In this document: one piece after another, positions 55,082 through 62,546 of the stretch
Numbering within the stretch: the first letter of the stretch is position 1
Layout of the letters: each line of letters starts with the position of its first letter
Origin: a virus
Virus record (IMG/VR): IMGVR_UViG_3300050821_006637
Coordinates: 1 to 64,000 of that record
Reading direction: 5' to 3' (one strand)
Length of the DNA stretch: 64,000 nt
Made by a program: the position numbers and the translations under genes
Notes under the pieces: model-generated
Databases searched by the model: none
What the model saw: only the letters and a program-made list of their open reading frames with translations
What the model was told of the DNA's origin: nothing

Positions 55082-56548
55082 ATGGCTGCTCCTACTTTTG
55101 AGACGGTAGCCCTGGCCACCCAGCAGAACGGCGAGGCTATCCAGTCGTTGAATAAAACCCTCGGGACTGTTGTTGATAAACTCTCCCGTATGCCAATGCC
55201 CGGACAACCGACGCCGGAACAAGCATTCGGTACTCCTTGGATTCGTAATGGTGAGAGTTCTTTGGATGACTCCAGAGGCTTCTCCTACCTCAAAATGATT
55301 GGGCACATCGCTGGCTTCGTCCCAGACGAGCAGTGCAAGCATGAGCGGAACCTCGCCATGAGAATGGCGAAGTGCCTCTATGCGGATGCTGGCAACGACG
55401 GCTATCAGTGGGCTTCTCAGAATCGCCTTGGTGAGAAGAAATTCCTCGCTCCACTCGCTCCTAACTTCCTCCAGGACAACTTCGTTGACCGGAGCTTCCG
55501 TCGTGAGATGAAGCAGATGGTCGCCGCAGGGACGGACGGAGCCGACCTGGGAGAAGCGAGCTGGATTAAGCGAAAGATGCTTTCCCAGCAATATGGGACG
55601 AAAGCCCTTTCTTGGTTGAATGAACTCACTGGTGGTGCTATCGTCGCTCCGCCTGAGATGGGTGAGTTGATTGAACTTCTGAGAAATAAAGAGGCTCTGG
55701 TCAATGCAGGAGCCAGAGTTGTTCCTCTACCTCCACAGGGTAGATTAAAGTATCCTCGCCAGACTTCTCCATCCAATACCTTCTGGGTTGGTGAGAACTC
55801 TCCTATCACAGAATCCATCGTCGGTACTGGTGAGATTACTCTGCAAGCTAAGAAGCTCGCAGTCCTCATCAAGGCACCGAACGAGTTGATTCGTTTTGCC
55901 TCACCTGCGGCAGAGGCGTTGCTCCGAGACGATATGACGAAGAGTTTGGCTCTTGGTTTGGATTTGGCTGGATTAGAGGGACAGGGGAGTGACGTCAAGC
56001 CTCGCGGTGTGATTAACTATCCTGGAATCAACAGAATCCAGTCCTCTCAGATTGGTGTTAACTCTGGTGGTGTGGTAGTTGGACAGGACATCTACCGAAT
56101 GATTGCTGCGGTAGAGGAAAGTGACGCGGAGTTCGAAGCGTACATCATGCGTCCGAAGACTCTGTATAAGTATTATCAGCTGCGAGCTGATGCCGTCGTG
56201 GCGGGTGATGCGGCTGGTCCGTATCTGTTCAACCTGATTAGAGAGGCACAGGATGACACGCCCGCTTCGTTGGCTGGTTATCCCGTGGTGAAGTCGACTC
56301 AGGTTTCTCAGACTCGTTCCTATGCGGCTGCGACAAATCTGACCTATGTGGTTGGTGGAATGTGGAGTGATATGCTCATCGGTATGTTCGGTGCGATTGA
56401 GTTCGCGGCGACCACGATGGGTGACACCGCTTTCGTCAATGACCAGACGTGGGTGCGTGGTATTCTGTCGGCGGACGTGCAGTTGAGGCACGAGGCGGCG
56501 TTCGTTTTACTTGACAATCTCAACACTCTAGTTACGGCGGCAAGCTAA
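55082..56548 (+). CDS. Major capsid protein, HK97 fold, with N-terminal delta domain
   Basis: GGAIVAPP, YPRQT, WVGENSPI, ITLQAKKLA, NELIR, LEGQG..PRGV, LAGYPV, D..LRHEAAF; likely maturation site GTK174|ALS. Confidence 0.93.
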   Translation: MAAPTFETVALATQQNGEAIQSLNKTLGTVVDKLSRMPMPGQPTPEQAFGTPWIRNGESSLDDSRGFSYLKMIGHIAGFVPDEQCKHERNLAMRMAKCLYADAGNDGYQWASQNRLGEKKFLAPLAPNFLQDNFVDRSFRREMKQMVAAGTDGADLGEASWIKRKMLSQQYGTKALSWLNELTGGAIVAPPEMGELIELLRNKEALVNAGARVVPLPPQGRLKYPRQTSPSNTFWVGENSPITESIVGTGEITLQAKKLAVLIKAPNELIRFASPAAEALLRDDMTKSLALGLDLAGLEGQGSDVKPRGVINYPGINRIQSSQIGVNSGGVVVGQDIYRMIAAVEESDAEFEAYIMRPKTLYKYYQLRADAVVAGDAAGPYLFNLIREAQDDTPASLAGYPVVKSTQVSQTRSYAAATNLTYVVGGMWSDMLIGMFGAIEFAATTMGDTAFVNDQTWVRGILSADVQLRHEAAFVLLDNLNTLVTAAS

Positions 56549-56663
56549 CTCAGTGTTTGAGTTGGGAACTGACGCAGCCTTATGTGTCAGTTGTACATCT
56601 GCGGTCTTCAGGTTGATAAGCGATAATAATATGTGTATCTCTTACCAGCCTGAAGACAAGCAG
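56547..56663 (+). promoter_or_regulatory. Three consecutive hairpins between the capsid stop and the endonuclease gene
   Basis: AACTCA/TGAGTT; AACTGACGCA/TGTGTCAGTT; GTCTTCAGGTTGATAAG/CTTACCAGCCTGAAGAC with an AT-rich loop. Confidence 0.55.
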
Positions 56664-56686
56664 CAGAAACACAAAGGGAGACTGAA

Positions 56687-57574
56687 ATGAGTTCTATTAC
56701 AGGGACGCTTTCTAAGGAACTTTGGAATCACAGACGGGACGTCATTATTTCTCGTTTCCAAACAGACGACCCGAAGGATATTGCTAGAGACCTTGGTATG
56801 GATTGGACGAGTGTATATCGTTGGGCACGAAAACTAGGTATTGCTCCTAAAGGCAATGTCCGTCGCGCCCATCGCAATCAGTCCTGCAACATCCATTACT
56901 TTGACCAGTGGTCGCCAAATATGGCATATATCCTGGGGTATCTTTTTGCAGATGGCTCAGTTACGGAAGCTGGTGTAACGGCAGATGCTACTGAAAGTGA
57001 CAAAGGTATTTTAGAATTCATCAAGGCGGAAACTAATTCGGTTTTGTCTATCAAAACATATGCCGGTACAAACGGGACGAAGACTTATTGTAGGATTCAT
57101 CTTAATAGTAAGGTTATAAGAAATAAGCTGGTTGAGTTAGGAATGAAGCCCTCTAAAACATACTTAGATGATCCGTATCCAAATGTTCCAGAAGAATTAA
57201 ATGGACACTTTGTTCGGGGATTCTTTGATGGAGATGGGAGTGCTAGTAAAGACGGAACTGAGATTAAATTTATAGGAACCATTAAATTTATCCGGGGTCT
57301 AATTGGCTCTCTTGTTCAATTAGCTGGTATGAAAGAAGCCAAAATCACTAAGTTTCTAGGAGAAAGAGCTACTTGGTGTGTTGTTCATTGGCACCACCGA
57401 GATGATATTGAAAGATTTTACCGTCACATTTATCCTGTAGACGGTTACGGGTTCTGTTTGGAACGTAAGCGGGCTAGGTTGGCGGGACGGCTCGCGAGAC
57501 CTTATCGTGTCAATTGTGTTCCGCCGGCTTTTAGACGCAAAGGAGGGATGGCTGAATGTCAGCAAATCTCTTAA
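56687..57574 (+). CDS. Free-standing LAGLIDADG homing endonuclease with N-terminal HTH
   Basis: DIARDLG..WTSVYRWARKLG; AYILGYLFADGSV; HFVRGFFDGDGS; LERK. Confidence 0.92.
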   Translation: MSSITGTLSKELWNHRRDVIISRFQTDDPKDIARDLGMDWTSVYRWARKLGIAPKGNVRRAHRNQSCNIHYFDQWSPNMAYILGYLFADGSVTEAGVTADATESDKGILEFIKAETNSVLSIKTYAGTNGTKTYCRIHLNSKVIRNKLVELGMKPSKTYLDDPYPNVPEELNGHFVRGFFDGDGSASKDGTEIKFIGTIKFIRGLIGSLVQLAGMKEAKITKFLGERATWCVVHWHHRDDIERFYRHIYPVDGYGFCLERKRARLAGRLARPYRVNCVPPAFRRKGGMAECQQIS

Positions 57575-58248
57575 TAGATTTGGGTAATACGGGTCATTTT
57601 AACCCGTCCCTAATCGCAGTCAATGGCCCGCAGTCTGGTACGGTTATTGGTCTACCTATTGATTTGGGTGACGCCAATACCTTTACCAATGTCTGGGTCG
57701 TTGCCAACGTTGCCAGCGGTCCTATTACGTTGCAAGTCCAGTGTAGTGATAGCCCTTCGGGCTTTATCCCCTGGGGTGGAGGAGTCCCCCCTAGTGGAAC
57801 CTTCACAGACCCCACCAGCGGTGCGGCTCAGTTGCCGACAAACTTTAATTCTGGTGGGCTTCTAATTATTAATTCTGGGACTTATGCCATTCCTGGAGGA
57901 GGAGCTCCATTTTCCGGTCAGCCTGGTGTTCCCGGTGGCTATGTGGCTGGCTATGCTCCGGCCTCCTATCCGTTCGGTGCCACTCCAGTTATAAATGGTA
58001 TGGGAGGAACTGCTTTCCTATTTAGTGGTTTGTTCCCAGAATTTGCCTCTGGTGGGATTGGTTTCGGAGGCTTCCAAAGAACCGGACAGTATGCCAGATT
58101 AAACCTGCTGGTTGGTTCTGGTGGCGGTAGTACAAGTGGTGGACAAGTCGTTGTCATCGGGGGATTCCTCTCTCAGAAACGCACCACGGGTTCTGGTGGC
58201 GGTTTCACGTGGCTTCCTCAATCCGGACCCAATGTCGCCAACGTGTAA
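57556..58248 (+). CDS. Gly/Ser-rich putative capsid decoration protein, paralog 1
   Basis: Position after the capsid gene; shared FTDPTSG, FQRxG.(Y/W)AR, GF.SQ, GGGF.W.P.SG. Confidence 0.7.
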   Translation: MSANLLIDLGNTGHFNPSLIAVNGPQSGTVIGLPIDLGDANTFTNVWVVANVASGPITLQVQCSDSPSGFIPWGGGVPPSGTFTDPTSGAAQLPTNFNSGGLLIINSGTYAIPGGGAPFSGQPGVPGGYVAGYAPASYPFGATPVINGMGGTAFLFSGLFPEFASGGIGFGGFQRTGQYARLNLLVGSGGGSTSGGQVVVIGGFLSQKRTTGSGGGFTWLPQSGPNVANV

Positions 58249-58260
58249 GGAAGGGGAAAC

Positions 58261-59013
58261 ATGAGCGCTAATCTTATTGTTGATGTAACGAATACCGCAA
58301 ACTATGAAGTTTCGGCATTTGCTAATACGAACAACCTCTCTGGTGCTACTACTATCGGGCAGATAGTAGACCTGTTGAATAGTGACACGTACTGCAACCT
58401 GTTCGTTGTAGCACCAGGAGTATCTGGCGTCATCCAGGTGCAGGTTCAATGCACAAACCAGTTGAATGACGCTGGGTCTGGGTCATTCTGGTCGGGTGGT
58501 GGTTTCCCTGTGTCGGGAGCTTTTACTGACCCAACGAGTGGGCTGCCACAACTGCCGACTGTCTTCCAGTCTGGTGGTAACGTCTACTTTAATAGTGGAG
58601 TTTATCAACTTCCAGGTGGGGGATTTCCTCCTACTTCGGGAGGTAATATCCAACCATTGGTTGGTGGTTATCCTGCTGGTTCTGTCCCATTTGGTCTTAC
58701 GCCGATTTATAATGCCCAGGGCGGGGCGTATCCTATTCCAGTTCTTTCTGGTGGTGGGACTGGTGGCACTAGCGGCGGTGTGCTGAGTGGCTTCTTCCCT
58801 GTCTTCGCTTCTGGTGGAATTGGCTTCGCTGCCTTCCAGCGGACGGGACGATGGGCAAGAGCTAACATCATAACGACTGCACTTACAGCAGTTTCCGGTA
58901 CAGCGACTACTCCAATCTTTGCCGGTTTTATCAGTCAATTGGACACAACTGGTTCTGGAGGAGGTTTCAGCTGGCTTCCTCAATCTGGTGGTGGGAACAC
59001 CGCCTCTGTCTAA
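58261..59013 (+). CDS. Gly/Ser-rich putative capsid decoration protein, paralog 2
   Basis: Same motifs as 57556..58248. Confidence 0.7.
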   Translation: MSANLIVDVTNTANYEVSAFANTNNLSGATTIGQIVDLLNSDTYCNLFVVAPGVSGVIQVQVQCTNQLNDAGSGSFWSGGGFPVSGAFTDPTSGLPQLPTVFQSGGNVYFNSGVYQLPGGGFPPTSGGNIQPLVGGYPAGSVPFGLTPIYNAQGGAYPIPVLSGGGTGGTSGGVLSGFFPVFASGGIGFAAFQRTGRWARANIITTALTAVSGTATTPIFAGFISQLDTTGSGGGFSWLPQSGGGNTASV

Positions 59014-59029
59014 GAAGTGTTTATCCAAG

Positions 59030-59074
59030 AGGGAGTGTGTGCTCACTGCCCAAGGGCACCACTCCCTTCTTTTT
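59030..59074 (+). terminator. Putative intrinsic terminator
   Basis: AGGGAGTG...CACTCCCT followed by TCTTTTT. Confidence 0.5.
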
Positions 59075-59088
59075 AAGAGGGATGTGAT

Positions 59089-59406
59089 ATGAGTGCCTAT
59101 AATGCACCTGTGATTCCAACACAGACGACACGCAGTATCAATATCGGTTGGGTTGGATTGCCGATGAATACCGCCAATCAGATTTTATCAGCCAATGCTA
59201 ATCGTGAGAAGGTCATTCTCAATGCTCCAATTGTTGGTGGTTGTAATATTTATCTAGATACCAGTAATACTGTTAGTCCCACCACGAGTTTCCTTATTAC
59301 TCCTCTTCCCGCTGGTGGTTTGGAGCTAGATTGGCCTACAGATATATGGGCTTATGCAGAAGCAGCTAATAACCACATAACATTTGCTGAGAGTGTTCTC
59401 AGTTAA
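59089..59406 (+). CDS. Small beta-rich virion protein
   Basis: QILSANANREKVIL...IYL..VS....IWA pattern typical of small head-associated proteins. Confidence 0.6.
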   Translation: MSAYNAPVIPTQTTRSINIGWVGLPMNTANQILSANANREKVILNAPIVGGCNIYLDTSNTVSPTTSFLITPLPAGGLELDWPTDIWAYAEAANNHITFAESVLS

Positions 59407-59416
59407 GGGGACAAAG

Positions 59417-60178
59417 ATGGCTCAGCAGATTGTAGACCTCGGATCACGGGCACAATTCGTGCCTTCCATAGTTGGTGCCAGTCCGTCCTCTGGTACTCTG
59501 GTCGGCTTTCCTGTGGATATGAAGGATGCTGATTCATACTGCAATGTTTGGGTCGTTACGACGTCATGTAGTGGTCCATTCCAAATCCAAGTACAGACAA
59601 CAGACACATTAAGTGGTTTGTTAGTTTCTGGTGGTGGAGTTGTTTCAGGCGCTTTCACCGACCCCACATCTGGACTGGCTTCCGTCTCAGTAGGAACTAC
59701 TTTTCCTACATGGTTCCAGTCTGGTGCAATCTTAACTATTAATTCTGGTTTATGGCCGACTATTGGTGGGGGGATGGCTCAATCGGCTGTCAGTGGTTTT
59801 CCGCTTAGTGGCGGAGTCACACAAGCCTATATGGGAGGATTCCCTCAAGGAACTTTCCCATACGGATTGACACCTACCATCCAGTTCATGGGCGGTACGG
59901 CTTTTGTACCGAACACACCGGGAATATCTGGTGTGGGGGCTGGTATCCCCCGCTTTAATTCTGGTGGTATGGCTGTTGCCGGATTTCAGAGGGTTGGTCA
60001 ATATGCTAGACTGCTCCTCCTCTCAGGTGGTACAAGCACCACGGTAATCGCTGGTTTCCTGTCTCAACTTATGGGCGGAGGCGGCGGGTTTTCCTGGAGT
60101 CCTGGCTCTGGTCTCTCTGGCGGTGTGGGAGGAACGGGATTCGTCGGTAATGGTGCAATTGGAATGCCACTTGTTTAG
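59417..60178 (+). CDS. Gly/Ser-rich putative capsid decoration protein, paralog 3
   Basis: Same motifs as the two genes above; ATG 59417 after AAGGGG. Confidence 0.7.
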   Translation: MAQQIVDLGSRAQFVPSIVGASPSSGTLVGFPVDMKDADSYCNVWVVTTSCSGPFQIQVQTTDTLSGLLVSGGGVVSGAFTDPTSGLASVSVGTTFPTWFQSGAILTINSGLWPTIGGGMAQSAVSGFPLSGGVTQAYMGGFPQGTFPYGLTPTIQFMGGTAFVPNTPGISGVGAGIPRFNSGGMAVAGFQRVGQYARLLLLSGGTSTTVIAGFLSQLMGGGGGFSWSPGSGLSGGVGGTGFVGNGAIGMPLV

Positions 60179-60194
60179 ACGAAAATTCAAGTAA

Positions 60195-60266
60195 ATTCCG
60201 CTTTCGTCTCCGGCGGAATAACACTCCCGGTGAGTCCCGCTCGTTGCGGAGGCAAGCCGGGAGTGA
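60195..60266 (+). promoter_or_regulatory. Intergenic hairpins
   Basis: ATTCCGC/GCGGAAT, and CACTCCCGG/CCGGGAGTG enclosing CCGC/GCGG. Confidence 0.45.
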
Positions 60267-60283
60267 GTTTGAGGGAAGAATAA

Positions 60284-60985
60284 ATGCTGTGGACTAACCT
60301 CACCAACTTGAAAAGTTTACTGGAGATAGACCAGAATGATAACAGCCAAAACTGGCTCCTCAATCATTTTAATGAGTGGGTGACGGATATATTAGAAACT
60401 TTACTCAACAGAAAATTCACCTATGCGACGAGGACGAGGTATCTGCAAGGCTCTGGTATCATCAAACTCCTCTACCCCTTCCGTCCCCTCTACCCCTTGG
60501 CACCGCCACCCCAAGCAGCGAGTATGCCCTTTAGCACGCTTACAGTAGCCATAGACCAGCAGGGAAACTTTGGGGAAGCCGTTGGTGCCTTTGCAGGCAC
60601 TCCCCTTATCTATGGCACAGATTACTGCCTTAAAATAGACCGAGATGATGGGGGAAGTGATGAGGCAATCCTCTATATGGTCGGTGGTTACTGGCCTCGT
60701 CCCGTCTGTCGTCAACCAGGACTCCTTTCCTCTTTCATCGGAACGGATTTAGGAAGTATTCAAGTAACGGCGACAGCGGGGTATACGATTGACACTCTCC
60801 CTGCTCAATTGAAGATGGCAGCGGAAATGATGGTTGCTAGATTGGCGTATATTATGCCGTTAGGAATGGAGACTACTTCCGAGAGTTACATAGATAGAAG
60901 CATTGCTTTGAGTCCCGAGGACAGGGACTATCTATATGGGATGGTGAAACACTTAGTTTGGCAGTTTCGGAATTGGAAGTTTTAG
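60284..60985 (+). CDS. Head-tail adaptor (HK97 gp6/SPP1 gp15-like)
   Basis: LTNLKSLLEI, ILETLLNRKF, IQVTATAGY, LPAQLKMAA; position after the capsid genes. Confidence 0.8.
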   Translation: MLWTNLTNLKSLLEIDQNDNSQNWLLNHFNEWVTDILETLLNRKFTYATRTRYLQGSGIIKLLYPFRPLYPLAPPPQAASMPFSTLTVAIDQQGNFGEAVGAFAGTPLIYGTDYCLKIDRDDGGSDEAILYMVGGYWPRPVCRQPGLLSSFIGTDLGSIQVTATAGYTIDTLPAQLKMAAEMMVARLAYIMPLGMETTSESYIDRSIALSPEDRDYLYGMVKHLVWQFRNWKF

Positions 60986-61006
60986 TTTTATTGTTGGGAT
61001 GGTAAG

Positions 61007-61432
61007 ATGCCTCTTAAAAAAAGAAACCAACACGTATTTCATCGTCGCCTGTATGCAGGTGAATTAGAGAAGGTCATCCTCCTGAAGCGGCTTGATGACC
61101 AGAATGAGGGGAGTGTAACGGCTTATCAACTTTTCCAATGTAGGAGAGGGAATATCACTAAGAGCGGTGAAGCCATTTACAAGGACACGGGTGCCTTCAC
61201 TTATCTTCAATGGTTGATACCTTGCACAGAGCTGAGAAGGGTTGGAGTCAACTACCTCAATGTGTTGGATAGAATAGTAGACCAATTTGGGATGTTCTGG
61301 CAATCGGAAAGCCCTGAAACAATCACCCTGGCAATCTTTGACAATTATTATGTTATCCCAGCAAGGAGGGTTGACCCATATCCAAATGAAATTTTAGTTG
61401 GCATCCCTGGCATTGAGCTTCCGTTACCTTAA
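61007..61432 (+). CDS. Putative head-closure/stopper protein
   Basis: Size, position after the adaptor, LDRIVD...W pattern. Confidence 0.55.
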   Translation: MPLKKRNQHVFHRRLYAGELEKVILLKRLDDQNEGSVTAYQLFQCRRGNITKSGEAIYKDTGAFTYLQWLIPCTELRRVGVNYLNVLDRIVDQFGMFWQSESPETITLAIFDNYYVIPARRVDPYPNEILVGIPGIELPLP

Positions 61433-62379
61433 TCTGGTAGTGGTCGTTTCTTTTTCTTTCGCATCCACGGCTTCAAAGAAGGGGTAGTAAGTGCTTCCAG
61501 CATATCCCAACCTGCTACTCGAACTCGATACCATACGTTGTCGTAATTAACCTTGTAGATTTCACACCATTCTTTCAAACACTTTGTTTCTCCATTAATA
61601 GTATATTGAGCGGCACTCTTCTTTCTATGAGAATCCTTCACTTTTTGGCTTCTTTTGGTTTCGTATTCTTGGTATGCTTCCGGGTTCTCTTTCAATTTGT
61701 CACGCCATTTGTGTTTACTAGAACCTTCCCCACCAAAAGGAGTTGTTAATGCTCGCTTTAAATCCCATTTCATCCATAGCCTCCACTTTACCAAACCAAA
61801 ATCTAATCCATAGGCTTCACACCATTCTGGTAGCGTTTTAGTTACTCCGTCTATCGTATAAGGTTTAGATAGAAATCTTTTCTTTCTATTCTCCAACATT
61901 GCCTTTCGTTTAATCGGGTCTTGCCAAGCCTTTTTAAGCCCTTCTGATAGAGACTCACTTGCCTTTCTTCTATTTTCAGGGTTAGAAAAGCGTTTTGCGG
62001 CTGCTTCATTTGACTTTTTTAATCTGATTTCCGTCCAAAGGTGGTTTTGATTAGTCCGCACTAAATCCAAATCAGAATTGAGAATAAATCCTCTGCCCAA
62101 CTCTTTTAAGAATTTCTGCTTACAAAGGAATTCTTGAAACTCCACTACATTGGGATGACATCTTCTATATATGATAGGAGAGAATGACTCACTATACTCA
62201 TTCCACATCTTTTGTAGACGTGGGGTTGTGTGCTTGTTCCTTCTCAATTTAGACAGATGCTCATTCCACCTATCTCGAAATCCTCTCTCAAAGAAGACCC
62301 CACCAATATAAACATATCTCTCACCTTCCACCCAAAACTCAAGCAAATATACCCCTGTTTCAAATAGTCTCATTGCCAT
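61429..62379 (-). CDS. GIY-YIG-like homing endonuclease with two C-terminal helical DNA-binding repeats
   Basis: TGVY...YVYIG..RWNEH..LRRNKH; repeats YTI(D/N)G.TK.L.EWCE.Y; the only convincing minus-strand gene. Confidence 0.85.
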   Translation of the reverse strand: MAMRLFETGVYLLEFWVEGERYVYIGGVFFERGFRDRWNEHLSKLRRNKHTTPRLQKMWNEYSESFSPIIYRRCHPNVVEFQEFLCKQKFLKELGRGFILNSDLDLVRTNQNHLWTEIRLKKSNEAAAKRFSNPENRRKASESLSEGLKKAWQDPIKRKAMLENRKKRFLSKPYTIDGVTKTLPEWCEAYGLDFGLVKWRLWMKWDLKRALTTPFGGEGSSKHKWRDKLKENPEAYQEYETKRSQKVKDSHRKKSAAQYTINGETKCLKEWCEIYKVNYDNVWYRVRVAGWDMLEALTTPSLKPWMRKKKKRPLPD

Positions 62380-62546
62380 TTTCTCCGTAAGTGTTGTAGT
62401 ACAATATCAAATAATTATCGCTTGTGCTAAAATCAATCATCTCAGATTTCATGGTGGATAAGAACTCTCTCTAATCCTTACACTACCAGTGGTGGGTTCC
62501 CACATCTATGTGAGAGGGCCTAGACTAAAAGAGTGGATAAAATATT

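Noticed and set aside
48028-57574. Group I introns around the endonuclease genes
   Set aside because: Flanking genes look complete, the non-coding flanks are short and no intron core was recognisable.
60220-60266. Hammerhead ribozyme
   Set aside because: Only a superficial likeness; the CUGAUGA and GAAA core is absent.
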